Assembly (NCBI RefSeq): GCF_036321535.1 | Contig: NC_087436.1 | Span: 35,280,001-35,344,000 of the forward strand | Direction: 5' to 3' | DNA length: 64,000 nt | DNA from: Camelus dromedarius | Lineage: Eukaryota | Part shown: one piece after another, positions 12,981-27,900 of the stretch | Numbering within the stretch: the stretch's first letter is position 1 | How the letters are laid out: each line of letters begins with the position of its first letter | Position numbers and translations under genes: made by a program | The notes under the pieces: generated by a model | What the model was told of the DNA's origin: nothing | The model's database searches: none | The model's input: only the letters and a program-made list of their open reading frames with translations

Positions 12981-15954
12981 AAACCAGTTTTAACTTTATT
13001 AGAGCAATTGCTTGGATATTCAATTATTTTTACCATTGAGAAGAAAAGCTGTAGTCTTTCCAGTGTTACATATTTAGCTTAAGGACTTTTTTGTCCCAAC
13101 ATGACAACTAAAATCTGAAATTTAAAAATTATTTTGCAAAGATTACTTTGCCTCTAATTAATATAAAAAGTTATTAGCTGCCTACCTCTGTATTAAAGGC
13201 TGCTGTTGACAGATATTATTGTAGGTCCTATATAGTGACTATAAAATGGCAGAGAACAAAGCCTCAGACCACACACGTTTAGGGTGAAATTGGATAATGT
13301 GGATCAAGAAGTCATCACAAAATAAGGTTTTCTAAATAGGATTTTTACTTGTTGAAACTTTTTTGAAATCACAAGCTGAGGAATTTGATACTTTTCTCTT
13401 TTTTCCTTCTTTTCCCTGACTTCTATTATGGAGAAAACATTCAGGTCTGTGTAGTTAAATTGGGCACCATTGTAGAGTACACATTCTGAGAGGCACAGCA
13501 CCAGTTCAACTTGCAGGCTGCCTTCAGTGGGCACAGAATAGCAACAGGAACTAAAGTGTAGTCGATGTCACCTCTGTATCATAAAGGCTGAAATTTGAGC
13601 AACTGCTGATGGAGAGACTGCGAATTTCTTACAGTATTTGTTGGTATTCGTGTAAGAAAGTGACCAGCACCACATGAATCAGCATGGGATTCCTCATACA
13701 AAATAACTGGTTGATATCAGAGAATAAGGAAAATAAAAGAAACAAAATGTTTAGGCACAACCAAAATGAAGACAGTTCTATTAAATATATCTGGCCAAAG
13801 ACTTTAGCAATAATCTGGTGGTGGAAAAGTTGATAATAATGCCAATATTACTGTGTAACTATATACAAGTTTATTATGGGAAGGAAAGATCTGCGAGGAA
13901 CTTTGATATTTTTTTAAGAACGTGGAAAAGTATTATTTCTTTCTCTAGAAATGAAGACAGCAATTCACCTTCAAGCTGTTTTTCGTTTTTTGCCTTGAGG
14001 AATTGAAGGATTTATCTGTATCCATGTTCACAGTGGAATGGTGTGGGAAAATTGAAGCTTCCCGGAGAAGTTGCTCATAGGTAGAAGAAAGGGCCTCAGC
14101 AGAGCTTTGGCATAGCTGAAGTCAGGAACAAGTTGGATTTATAGAACATGTAACACTTCCAGAGAAAAATTATGGCAGTGGGGGGAACATTCTCAAAATC
14201 TGCTGAATGGAGCCTCAGATCACAATTTGAAAAGTATGAAAAGGGCGACCACAATGGCTGGAGATCTTGGGTCTTATGTTTATTTATCCATATTAGTTAT
14301 GGAATAAACCACAAATATTTCATTCCATAAGGTGGCTACTCATATTGTCAATTAAGTCTTTTGTTGTTTTTATTAAGCCTTGATTTAATAGTTTCCCTTT
14401 TGTAAGATTAAGGAGAAGTACCTTAAGTAAGTGAACTCAACTGACGTTTGCTCTCACTATTCTAGCACTCAAGATGGGTAGACCATTTAAGCAGCAACAC
14501 TTTAAAAAAAAAGAACCTAAACAAAGCCTTTTCCAACTAGGGTGTGCCACGTGGAGAGTTATTATTCTAGGTTAATATGAAGAACCTAAGGAAATAAAGA
14601 TTGTGGAAGGCCTCCTGTAATCACAAACAGAATCCCATCATCCAACACTGGCTCACTCCAGCCATGCCACAGCACCCTTGGATGTGTCTTCAGAGACAAT
14701 GTGGAAGCAAAATGAAGAGTTAAATAACCAACCAGTAAAACTTTAATTTCCTTTTTTTCACCCGGTAGTGGGAACAGAATGAACTATATCAGAAAGAATT
14801 TTCTTTTCTCTGTTTTCTTAATCATTGGCCATACAGATTTGTAACTAATTCTTCCTGTATTATTATTTAGTTTAGTATAATAACAATTACAAATTTTTCA
14901 AAGAGAGCAGTTATATCTTTTAATTTTCATGTGTCTCAGCAACACCAATGTGTCTGTTTATCCCCAGTATATAATAGATGATCAGGAATTTTTCATTAGC
15001 AAATCTTATTTACGACTGTGGAATCATAGCTTAATCACCTGGCAATGAGTGATGATCTTTAGAAGCTTATGGATCAGAAGTGACAAAATCAACCAAAAGA
15101 GAAGTAGATCAAGGGGCCACTTTGTGTTTCTGCTGGAGATGAATGGATTACACTGTGAATAAGATTTCCTAAAATAAACATGTTAAAAAAAATAACTTGC
15201 AGCCCTTACTAAAGGCACAAATTTATTTGGAAGCATAAAAAGGTTTTGTTTAAGAATAATTTGTTCTCCTGAACCATCTATTCCAGTGATGTTGCTGTGT
15301 ACAGTGAAGGTTCAGACTGTGTGTCCTGACCTTAGACATGCAAGAGATGGCCTAGGTCACTTCACCTGCCAAACTACATTTATGTAAGTCTAAGACTCTT
15401 AATATTTCAGAGTAATTGTCTTCATTTTACTTTTCTTATTTTATTTGGCAAGTTAAACTCTATTTACCAACAACATAGACCTCTTAGATGTCCCAAGTTG
15501 CTAAAGCAAATAAACAAACACATACACACACAATCGAAAGATACTCTTAGGAAAGTTTCTCTGATGATAAGGCAGTAAACAGAAAGTCAGGAGACATGCA
15601 TTGTAGATGGTAAGATTAGGGTGGGTGGCCTTCCACAGGATATTGGATGTGATATTGAATGGCGGTTCATTATGGGAGAGACATCCTGGAAGGAGAGAAA
15701 GAAAATGGTAACCAGAAAGAGAAAACATCAACATGCCCTGATGAAATTGCAAGGCTTGGCAGTGATTTCAGAGTTCTCAACAAAACAAAAAGAGTAATTG
15801 CATGGGACAATGAGGTATTTAGGAAGGAATACGTTGCAAAAGTCTAGGGAGAGATCTCCTCTCCAAACTGCCTCCCCAACACCACCATCACTCCCCTATT
15901 CAGCTGTATAACAGTAACAGACTACACAAAACTCATCAAAAAATTGGCAACCAG

Positions 15955-17420
15955 GGGCACAAAAACAGACACATAGATCAATGGAACAGAATAGAGAGCC
16001 CAGAAATAAAACCATGCACATAAGGTCAACTAATCTATGGCAAAGAAAGCAAAAATATACAATGAAGAAAAAATTATCTCTTCAACAACTGGTGCTGGGA
16101 AAACTGGACAGCCACATGTAAAAAATAAACTTAGAACATTTTCTAATACCATATATAAAAATAAACTCAAAATGGATTAAAGACCTAAATGTAAGGCAGG
16201 AAACCATTAAACTAGAAGAAAACATAGGCAGAACACACTTTGGCATAAACTGCTGCCAGTGTATTTTTGAATCTGTCTCTTAAGGCAAAGGAAACAAAAG
16301 CAAAAAATAAGCAAGTGGGACCTAATTAAACTTAAAAGGTTTTATACAGCAAAGAAAACCATCAACGAAATGCAAAGACAACCTACTGAAAGGGAGAAAA
16401 TATTTGCAAATGATATGACCAATAAGGGGTTAATATCCAAAATATATAAACAGCTCATACAACTGAACATCAAAAAGACAAACAACCTGATTAAATAATG
16501 GGCAGAAGACTTGAATAGACATTTTTCCAAAGAAGATATACAGATGGCCAACAGACACATGAAAAGATGCTCAACATCGTTAATCGTCAGAGAGTGCAAA
16601 TCAAAACCACCATGAGATATCACCTCACACTTGTCAGAAAGGCTATCATCAAAAAGACTACAAATATCAAATGCTGGCAAGGATGTGGAGAAAAGAGAAT
16701 CCGTGTACACTGTTGGTGGGAATGTAAATTGATGCAACCACTGTGGAAAACATTGTACAGGTTCCTCAAAAAAATGAAAACTAAAAATACCATATGATCT
16801 AGCAATTTCACTCCTGTGTATATACCCAAAGAAAACAAAAACAATAATTTGAAAAAATACACGCACTCCACTGATCACAGCAGCATTATTTACAATAGCC
16901 AAGATATGGAAGCAACTTCAGTGCTCATCAACAGATGAGTGGATAAAGAAGACATGGTATAGATATACAATGTACTACTCAGCCACGAAAAAGAATGAAA
17001 TTTTGCCATTTGCAACAACATAGGTGGACTTGGAGGGTATTATGCTTAGTGAAATAAGTTAGAGAAAGAAATATTGTGTGGTATTACTTATATGTGAAAT
17101 CTAAAAAAAAGCAAACTAACGAATATAACAAAAAAGAAACAGACTCTCAGATACAGAGAACAAACTAGTGGTTACAGATGGGAAAAGAGAAGGGGAAGGG
17201 ATAGGATATGGGTAGGGAATTAAGAGGTACAAACTACTATGTATACAGTAAATAAGCTACAAGGCTATATTGTACAGCACAGGGAATACAGCCAGCATTT
17301 TATAGTAACTGTAAATGGAGTATAACCTTTAAAATTGTGAATTGCTCTGTTGTATACCTGAAACTTTTATAGTATTGGAAATCAACTATACCTCAATACA
17401 ATTTTTAATTAAAAAAATAA
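15955..17420 (+). mobile_element. 5'-truncated L1: C-terminal ORF2 (decayed), 3'UTR and A-rich tail
   Basis: Reads HKNRHIDQWNRIESPEI...; ORF 16567 gives [20 protein letters not shown], the ORF2p C-terminal region; many stops and frameshifts; L1MA-type 3'UTR; A-rich end near 17410-17420. Confidence 0.95.
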
Positions 17421-17624
17421 ATATTCCACCTCCAGTGGTGGGGGGGAGGGGTGGAATTTGGCAACACGAGGAATAAGGAATTTGCCTAGTCACTAAATCA
17501 AAACTGTTGTATGCTTGTTCAATATACTTAACAAATCTTGAAGCAAAGAATGGGCAAATGTGACTATTCCTTAAACCAAATAGCTTGGGGAAAATCAGGC
17601 TAGTATGCATTTTCATGCCTGTTA

Positions 17625-17782
17625 TAAAACTGCTATCAAAAACAGTATAGAGATTCCTCAGAAAAGTAAAAATAGAGCTACTATATGATCCAGCTGTTCC
17701 ATTTCTGTGTGTATATATTTATATATATCCAGAAGAATTTAAATCAGAATCTGAAAGAGGTATCTGAACTCCTATATTCATT
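17625..17782 (+). mobile_element. Short separate L1 ORF2 C-terminal fragment
   Basis: aaaacagtatagagattcctcagaaaagtaaaaatagagctactatatgatccagc. Confidence 0.75.
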
Positions 17783-19397
17783 TTATTTTGAAATTATAGT
17801 GCTATAATTTGCTGTATGAATTAGCTAATTCAGAGATAATGTTGAAACCAAAAGAGTCCTATAGGATATCCATCTCCATGAGAAATAAATGGATTTTGAA
17901 AGGAGATTAAATAGACATAACAAAAGTTTGCTTTCAGTCTGACTCATGAAAAAATTTATTAGGAATTGTCATTTCTGAAAATGACATTTTAAAAAAATCA
18001 TTAAATAGAATAATTTAGTCAGAACTCAAGATTTAAAGTTTAACTGCTGACCGCTCAATCATCTCAAACATACTGTTACCACAGTGCTTTTATTTCTATA
18101 TTTTTCCTGGGAAAACAATGTCTATATATTTACTGGGAAAATATGAAGACAAAGTATTCTGTGTATATGTACAATGATTGTTGTACCTTCTTACTTTAAG
18201 TCCGAAAAATAATACATCTGTTTAACATCATGGCTGCTCTGGAATTCTCATTGAAAAGTTTTTTTTAACAGACTACTCCAAGAATATCCTTTGTTTCCTC
18301 TTACTGTGTAATATTAAATCCTCTATAAATAAAGAAAGCTTAACCTTTCCCTCCCCTCCTTGGTACCCTTTCTGATAAATCAGCACGCAGAAACATTTTA
18401 AATCATATGTTTACATATTAGATATTTGGTTTATCAGTTATTTCTTCCCCTAGTCATTCTTCCAGAAACAAGATGGATTTAGACATAGACACAAAACATT
18501 TTTTGCCAGCAGTTTCACTGTTAGTTTGCATATGTGTTTAATTGTACAGGGTGTACCAAGTGTTGTTGCTATTTTCAGTCATGGTTTCTTTGCTGGAAAA
18601 TGGGATCTGGTTTTTGTGAAGCCTGACCATTCATATTTGATTTCCTGAAGAAATTTGTTTGAAATTTGTCTAATATTTCAGTACCTTCACATAGCTTTAA
18701 TTATTCAGAGTTTTTCTCAGCTGTCCCACCAACTGGCTGCTGCCTTTAAAAAAATGAGGTTACAATACTGTAGACAACATTTTGGCATGGTCTCATCAGA
18801 ATCAAGATGGTCTACAAGCCAATATTCACTTACATCATTTACTTTTGCATAGCATACAAAGTAAGGTAAATGTGATTTTGTTCTAACATTTTCTGTAAGA
18901 TTTCACAATTATTCACATCTTCTTTCTCCCTGAAGCTTAGCAACCCTCTTTTTTTATATAAACTCTAAATTCTAAAAGTTTTAACCATTATATGGTTTAT
19001 ATACATTCATATGTAATCCCTCTTTAGATTTTAGCACTACCCACTTTAGCATAATAGACAATTCTATTAAAAATCCTCTTCGAAGTTATTAAGCTGTTAA
19101 ATGTCTAAAGCTACCCCTATAAACTCATTAAGACTGAGAAAAGTATAGCTTTATGCTGCTAACATTCATATCATGTTTTTACACATAGCTTTCCAGGTTT
19201 TGATGGCTGTACAATTAATCTAATAGATTTTGAGTAAACTGCTGTGCACCAAATGTTAGGATGCTGATTTCTAAGTATTACAATCAATCACAGGATGACT
19301 AAAAGCCTGTGCATTGCACTGTACCTGCTGCTCCCCAGACTGTTGTGTGAGAAGTTGCCTTGGCACCCAAAACACTACATGGAAAGCACCTGTAGCA

Positions 19398-19436
19398 CAG
19401 CGCCATTAGGAGGGGCCTATGCACCAGGCGGCGTGA
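19398..19436 (+). promoter_or_regulatory. Candidate CTCF-like motif(s)
   Basis: gcaccaggcggcgt (19421-19434) resembles the CTCF core CCASYAGRKGGCRS, with a weaker ccattaggagggg just upstream; three CpGs retained in CpG-poor unique DNA; motif match only. Confidence 0.3.
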
Positions 19437-20429
19437 GTGTCCTGTAGAGCTGTAAGGTACAGTTTTCCAATGGCCAGTCAGATTCTGGCACCAGTGATTT
19501 CTCTCAGTGCCAATATTATTGTTCAAAAATTATTCATTAATATTATTCAGAAAAGAAATTATATAATTCCACTATTAAAAAAAGCAAAATACAAATTTAA
19601 AGTATAAGTAAATACTACACTGGATGAAAGAAAAACTAAATCCAGAATACGAAACATGAGGATAGATGAGAGAGAAAACTCAGATAACTGTTTTCAGAGT
19701 AAACTGCAAATAACAAGGCCTTGCTAAAAGTTGGTACAATTCAAGGAAATACCCAATAAGAGACCACAGCATGTTTAATTCCTCTTTGTGGGGAACAGTT
19801 ATTTCATCTGTGAGAGTTCTGAATGGGCAGAACCAAGAAGATAAAGGTTCACCTTAAATACTCCTCATTTTGCTGATTAAGAAAGTGAAATTAGGATATT
19901 TAGTTATTCAAAGACATCTAACTTGTCAATCAAATTTTGAACCGAAGTATTTTTCTTCTAAACAAAATAAGAAAAAAAGACATAACTGTATCTTAAAATA
20001 TTTTCCATGTACTTTTTCCATTTGAATTATGGAATATCATCAGGTCTTTGTTGTATTGAAGCAACCAAAATCCAATTACTGTTAACATAAAAAAAAAATG
20101 AATGTGTTGGAAAGTTAAATACTCATTATACCTTATTTGTATTCTAATATTGAGGATGGGCATGTTTCTCAATTTAATTATTGCAATATAATGCTTAGAG
20201 TTTAACACTAATTCATTTCTTTAATGTTTTTAAGTATATAATTTTATTAAAAACTATTTTTTATTCAGTGATATTAAAATGCAATATAAACACTAAAAAG
20301 AAAAGTATTCATATACAGAGTACATACAGTCTGATCATTATAGGCAAAACCTCTGGCTTATTTGAAAGTGTAATTTTGTTTTACAGACATGAAACAATCA
20401 AGATAATTGATTTTATAAGATATTTAAAC

Positions 20430-20590
20430 TAACATTATTGAGTTCTTTATTACAGATAGCAGCTGTGCAAAGCAATTTACAAAATTGATTTTTTTTCTTT
20501 AAACAACCTTAAACTTAGGTACAGCTAAGATGCTTATTTTGTTTAAACTCAGTGTGAGGGCAATACAGACTCAGTCTGCATGATGCTAGA
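20430..20590 (-). mobile_element. MIR fragment
   Basis: taacattattgagttctttattacagatagcagctgtgcaaagcaatttaca...aacaacctta. Confidence 0.55.
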
Positions 20591-23500
20591 TACATAACAT
20601 TACTTGTTAAATGAGTGTTATGAGTTTAATATTTACTGAATTAAATATGATTTTTTTTAACAATTGTTAGGTAGAAATGTTTCACTTAAAGCCTCTCCAG
20701 TGAGGAAAAATTTATTTATTATTCATCATGAAGTGTTTCTACTTCTCACTTTTTTCTTTTTCTAATTTTTTATGTTTTATCCTTTTGATCTTAAACATCT
20801 GAGATCACAGATAATTACTTAGCTGCGTATTTCTGTTTTGACTCTTATCTAGCCAAGAGTGGAGGTAAAGGATGAAGAAAGGATTGACTAACTCTCCTCC
20901 AGAAAGAAAAGGGAAAGAAAAATTCAATATAAGCATAACCATTCAAAACACTATGGATTTATGTACTTTTGAAGTCCTGGAAAGAGATGAATTCCATGCA
21001 GCATCCCTGGACAGCGTTTGTACTTTGTCGATGTAGATATGAAATACTTCTCTCTAAATGGCCGGGCTAGACGAGAAACATTATATCTGCCAACCCTCAG
21101 TTATCCACAGAGTATTATTAAATTTGAAAATTAAACAGGCCTCTGCCTTCTCTTTTTATTTCACTTATATTTTTTTTCTTCCTGCTAAATTTTTGACAAT
21201 TTTTACTACCAAGTGGTTTTCTACCCAAATATCTACCTAGAAAAGAATAAAGAAAAATCACTTTTAATGGACCATGTAAAAAGGAGTTAGAGAAAAAAAT
21301 TAGCTCATGTAACACCCAATTTTCAAAAAAAAAATTCTTGTCATATTCTGGGTAGTGCACAGTTTAGAAAGAAAAAATCTTTCATTTGAGACTTTGAAGT
21401 TGTCTTAAAATTCAAAATACCAGGCAATAGCAAGTGACAATATATAATATCTTATGTATCTTTGCCCAGCATAAGGTATAGTCTTGCAAGTGTAGACCAT
21501 TTTTGCTATAATCAAGCAGACAATACTTGCAATACTATATTTTCCTGTAATACAGCAGAATTTGGCATCAATAGTTTTATGTATATGTTATTTCCCATAA
21601 ATTTGGCAAGGGTACTATCAAGATTAAGTTTCCATTGCATAGAAATTTTTAAGCATATTTTCCAAAAGAACAGAAAGTTTAGAAACAAAATATATAGCTA
21701 AGAAGCCTTATTAAAGTTACTCCAGTGAAATTTAGTTTTCATCTATTGCCTGAAGGGCTACATATGAAGAGACTAGATTAGAAATGCATGCATTATTTTT
21801 TCTAACTAAAAAAATCTCTTTTTCCTTCTCATGCAAGTTCAAGAGGGATGACTTTAAAGGTGTATTTTCATGGGAATTTCCTCCAGTCTCTACCAGGCCC
21901 AAGGTATGTTTAAGTTAGTTCCAGCCTGAGGCCTGTTATCTAAGGACAGAGAAAAAGTCTAGTCCATGATCTGGGTGTACCAGTTACCCAAATGTTATCA
22001 AGGGACCTGTGCAATTCTCACTTTTTAATCTAAATGTTGATACTATAAAAGCAGGCATAATCTGAGAATAGGTGATATAACTCCCCAAGGAAAGCCCTTG
22101 TCCGATTTCTTTTAATAAGGCACAAATTTTAAAAAAAAGATGGTTAGGCAAGTTTTACATTTCTCTCCGTCTGACTTCCACAGACATAAGTCTTTATATG
22201 TACTCAGTTTTTTAAGACAATACCCAAAATATTGCTGAAATAGATTTTGGATCAATACTAGATATATATGATATGGCAATTTTTAATTCTTTTTCTTGTT
22301 TAGACTTTTCATACAAACCTATTTTCAATGAAGGTACCTAATTAAGAACTTTTCTCAATTTAATATGGTTTTGTGAAATACTTCCTATATGTCTAATAAG
22401 ATATTAATTATTATGGTGATATTAAAACTAGATTTGGAACAAGCAAGTTGCATACTTTATATAAATCAACCAAAAAACATAATTTAAATAATCTGGTTAG
22501 AATGCAACAGAATTTGAAAAGCGAGAGATTTTATGGTAAGTTAGAAAAGAGAACAAGGACTAATCCTACTAAGAATGATCATTATATCCCCACACAGCAA
22601 CCTGACACTTGGCAGGAATTCAGAAAATATATATTGAATAAGTAAAGAAGTTTGAAGACAAGGCAATCTAAACTATACAATGTGTCATGTAGGCTGGAAC
22701 ATGAATGTAACACTTTCATAAACTTGATGAGGAGTTTTATATTCCACAGCTACATGGCAATTGCCCAGTTCTGATATGAATGAGAGAATTCTGACCAATA
22801 TCGGAGACATCCCTGGGACAGCATCATCCCCTGCTGTTGGGGAATCATGGTCAATAATCTAAGAAAGACCAACAAGCATGAATACAGGAGTATGGAAATC
22901 CAAAACAATGTCTCAGCCATCAGTGTCCTACCTTGGAATCCTTAATGAATTTTAAGGATGGTATTGATAGACTGACTAAAGAGCTGGGGTGGTGGGGCAG
23001 GGAAAGAAACATGTCTGACATTCAGCATATACTTTTTTTTCTCTTTATCTTTCTGTTTCCTACCCTGCTTCCTTCTTGCTTCCCACCTCCCCCATTGCAC
23101 CTACACAAGTAAAAGCAATATTTGATATTATACAATTTAAAAACAGTTTATTCTGAGAGTGATGTTTAAGTGAGTGCTACTTTAAAAAAGTATGGTCAAG
23201 CCTCTTTTGTTCTTGCCTAACTAAAGATAAGAAAAACATTCCATGCAATAAAAGTAGTTTAGTTTTCTCAAAGTTCTGGGAATGATATTTATCTAGAGAC
23301 CAAATGTCACATCTTCAAACAGAGGCGTCATGCAGTTACGGTGTCATCATAGAATGCAGACCATCTGGGAAAGGGGGTCTTTGCCACACCCTTCTGGACC
23401 CTGCTGACAGGACTGCGAGTTACATTGGGTTGCTGTACACACACAGCTGCTGGCCGGGTGAATTTCTCAGTAGAGCTTTTCAATTAGTTGGCTCCTTCTA

Positions 23501-24354
23501 GCCCATTCCCCACAGAGGATGCAAAAGGGTAGCACCTGTTCATTTTGAGTGCTGACTGAGGAAAACAGGCTCTGAGAAAGTCCTCAGAGCATGTGGGGAT
23601 GAAATAATGCAACCAGGAAGCTTAAGAGACAGTCTGACAATAGGAAATGTTTCCAGTGGCTCAAGATTTTGGACAGTTAAAGTCTACTAACTGAGAAAGG
23701 AAAGGAATAAAAGATGTGTGTAACTTTCAGTGCAGGGTTAACCTGACACACAAAATACTGATTCCTGTTGGGGCGGGAAGTGTAGGACTAATTCTGTGAG
23801 GTTGGTTTGAGTCATGTTAATTCTCTCTTCAATTATCTGTAGACAAGTGATTCATTCTACCAAAATTGAATTCAATTCATAATTCATGATTGGACATTTT
23901 ATTTACCTTTATTTTCAACAAATTCTCCAGAAAAATTGCCATAATCTCAGAATTTTATTTTCTAATAAAACTGTCTAATCTCAACATATGCGGTTTTGTT
24001 TATTTAAAATAGATGTTAAACTTTTATAAGCACTTTAAAATAATTTCTGCTGACTCAAGTTTAACAAGTTTCTGTCTCTAAAGAGGAGGATTTTAAAATA
24101 CCTCCCAGAGACAGAACATCATGAAAGAAAACACTCATATGTCATTAATAAATAGCAAATATAACACCATTCTTTGAAGAAGGTGAGGATATTCTGTTAC
24201 ATTAAACTAGAGATTAGTCTGTTTGAGTCTCTTACACAAATCCAGTTTCTTTTTGGAATAAGCACATGTTCCCCACTTTCCTCCCATGTATCTGGATGCA
24301 TATTTACCTTTGTTTTATATTTTAAGTCACAGTTTAAAAAATAGGGGTTCAGTA

Positions 24355-24970
24355 TAGAAATATAACATAATATAGACAAGTTAAAAAAGAAAATAAAAAT
24401 ACCTAAAATTCAGTCACCAAGGGAAAAAACAAATAAATTTGAGAAAACAGCTGTCTAGACTTCTCTCGATATCCAATCTAGGCATATTTATCTATATCTT
24501 ATATGTGTTAAGGTATATAGATAGACGGATACAAAACCTGACAGAAACTTCATGATGATAAAGCATCTATATTGTACAGGCTATTTTCTAACCTACTTTA
24601 ATTTCATTCAGTATTTTTGCATGTCTGTAGAATAGAACTACATTATTCATTTTGATATTTGAATCATAAACATGCTAATTTCACTACATTTTTACCGTTA
24701 CTGGGTATTAATTTTTTTCTTCTAATCTGATGGGGAAAATATGATATTTTGTTGTTTAATTTTACTGCATTTATTTGATTTTTAGTCGAATTAGAAAATT
24801 TTCAAAGCGTTAGTGACTGTATTTACGTGCTTAGGAAATTACCTGTTCAAACTCAGTATTTCATCTTATTGAGTTGTTTACTTTTGTTTTTAATAATTTC
24901 TTATAACAATTTGTATATTATTGATATTGGCATTTTTATATCTTAATGTTATAAATGATAATCCCAGACT
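24355..24970 (-). mobile_element. Old L1 (L1ME-like) 3' region
   Basis: ctaatctgatggggaaaatatgatatttttgttgtttaattttactgcatttatttgatt is antisense old L1 ORF2 end/3'UTR. Confidence 0.6.
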
Positions 24971-27900
24971 TTCATTCACTAGGTGCAAATAAATGCATAT
25001 ATATGTGTGTGAATGAATGTGAGCAATAGTATTTATTTATTATTTCCAGGAGTGAAATCCTTGCTCTAGGTCATATGCTTCTTTATGAAAGACTACCCAA
25101 TATTTATTATGTTTTGCATACAGAATATACATTTTCTTAAAATTTTGGTGGGCAAGGAACAGTGTCTATTAACAAAGTAATTTGTTGTAGAATACTGTGT
25201 AGATACGAGACATAGGGAAGAAAGAAAAAGAAAGAAATTGAGAGGAGTGAAAAGAAAAATACTACCTACAGGGATTTTTCCGAATTGGCTTGATACTTGA
25301 ATTGTTATTGTCAACCAGGCAAAAGGCCTCTGAGTAGGTGTCTACCTTAGAATTGAAAAGGTTTATCACTTGTGACCAAATTTTTTTTGTTTTTGCAATA
25401 GTGAGCAAACTGTCAGTCCACAAATGTGTGTCATTATTTGCATCACAACAGACACAGGCTAAGCTTCAAGTGAAAGAAATGTCACTGCACAATGTTCAGT
25501 CCTGGAAAGACATTTTCAAACAGAATGATGTATAAAAGCAGAAGACTGATTCAATCATGTGATGAGAAATATCACCATCCAGCCACAGGCTCTCTCCTCA
25601 TTTTCCCAAAGTTGTTTGGTCACAGTGTGATCAGAAACAGCAGAACAAGATGGAGGTGGTGATTCCTTGATCACATAGTATAATGAGTGTCATCCCTGTG
25701 TAATGAATGCTAGATGGCTCCCTTACAACAGCATGACCAATATACCCAAACTGGTCTCACAATGCATTATTCTTTTCTGATAAGCATGGCCATCTCTGTC
25801 TCTATGGCTTTTTTTCCCCAAGTCTTCTATGGCTGACCAAAACCATTCTGATTGACATCCCATTTATTTAGAGATGGCAGGTTACTCTCTAGCCCCTCTG
25901 TCCTAGAAACCATTCTTCTTGTTCTTCTTTTTTGAAAAAGAAATGAATTTACATAGCTCTGCTCTAATCCGTTATTTAAAGTTCAATTCTCAGAGTACCA
26001 TGTCATTTCCAAATTATTGTGTTATGCCTTGTTACCTCCCAGATATCACTTAAAATAAAATTTCTAAATTCTAAACCAAACCTTCATTATTAGTAGTAAC
26101 AAAAATTCTAAAATTCTTGTTGGATGATACCAGAAAATAGTCATTATGACAATAATTGTTATATTTAACAACATATTTATATAATTAGCTAATTTGATCA
26201 GTACTTCATAGTTCTAGTAATAGCATACTAATAGTATAGTATGGTCATAGCACAAGGATTTTAAATAAGGTATATCCAAAGGGTGAAGAAGAAAATTATT
26301 TCTGCATAAAAACAATGAAATATATGTATATACAGTGATAAGACTGCAATTTTTCAGAGTCCATCAAAATTCAACAGCCATTGAAACTTTTTATTATGTT
26401 ACTTTAATTTATGTTTCTTGTTCAAATTATGTGGAAATTTGTTTTTGTTTTACAAATACTGGCTGATGCATCGTATGGTGACATGCTGGCATTTGAATAT
26501 TTCCTTCTTTTCCTCCATTTTTCTAATGTAGACTACCCAGCAGCAAGTGGTCAAAAAGAAAACACCTAGACATAAAAGAGAATTCTAAGAAAGCAAAACC
26601 CTGTATCATCTATTTCTGAATAACTGAAGGTTGGCACATGTCCACATTTTCTGAATCATCTAGAGGGACTCGTTTGTCTTTGAGCACATTAAACCCAACT
26701 CTTTCAGATGATCTCCAGTTTTAAAGAAACTTGGACTCTACTGGTTAAATAAAAATTCAGGCTGATTTCTCAGTTCATATAATAAAAATAATGTGTGCTG
26801 TCCCAGGTTCAGGTGTTCTGAATTTTTTAAAATATGCAGTAAATTTGATAATTAACACTTGGATAAGTAAGCATGCAGGATATAGAACACACTTCAGGAA
26901 GAAAAAAAAAATACGTGTGGTGTTAGCAGAATGGGAAGGCTGCCCAGAACATGTCCCCTGCTATAAGATTAGTTTGGGAATTAGGGATTTACAGTGCTTA
27001 CCCCCATCTAGAGAGGACTTGGCAATATTCCCTAAAACTGCAAAGATAAATTGGTGGGAGTGAAAGAAGTAAGTGAAGGCCAGAGGCTGCTGGAAAACAG
27101 GCTTTCCTGTCACTAAGCTGTGATACTGTAAGGAATTTTGAAACCAACCTAGGTTCTAGTGTGAGAAAAAAAGACAGTTTCTGTATTTTAACAGCAATGA
27201 CAACTGACCAATTTGACCAATTCAGTCTTTGAGCAGTCAGCCTGAGAAACATAATGTAAAAGTCCATCTTGAGAGAGGAAATGGTGGTAGGGTCACCACT
27301 CAGTCAAAGAGCTTCACAGCTTATCTCCTGTCACAGTGTCTTGCATCCAGTGGAGTTTTGAGAATAAGACTGAATGATGATGATAAGGTTGAAGGCAATA
27401 ATGAATGATGACAAAGGTGAGATTTGAAAATAATTAGAAGACTATTGCAGGCAGGAAGAATTCATAATTTTTTAAAAGTGAATATGTGAATGTAAGTGGG
27501 GCAGATATGAGACATTGGCAATGAACTTATATTCTTTTCAAAAAGAAATCCATCAGAATTTGCTATCATTCAAAAATAAAGTAAAACAAAAAAAAGACTG
27601 TAACATGGTGAAGTAGTTTCTAAAAGCTATTGCAAAAATAAAACATTTGAATTCCTAAGGGGAATTAATTATATTAAGCAAAATAAACTGGGATTTAAAG
27701 TTTGCCTGGAAATTCCCCTCACCTGGCCCTAGACACCACTTTTGGTTTCTTATTTTGCTCTCTGTTGTCCTCCTGTCCTCTACTATGAGAGGAAATTCCA
27801 ATTTGAATGCAACGTTAATGGTCTTATTTTAAATATTTTAATGAGCAGATATATGTAATTTGCTATTGTTCCCCTTTATGTCTTCCTTCCTCCTTCTTTC

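Noticed and set aside
16342..16902. Longest ORF (186 aa, minus strand) and overlapping ORFs
   Set aside because: Antisense and broken frames of a decayed L1 ORF2; not a gene.
17420..17472. Possible TSD (ttggcaac) and small hairpin after the large L1
   Set aside because: The match to the 5' flank is short and about 30 nt from the A-tail; not distinguishable from chance.
20997..21018. REST/NRSE-like sequence tgcagcatccctggacagcg
   Set aside because: Half-site spacing is one base longer than canonical and the left half is mismatched.
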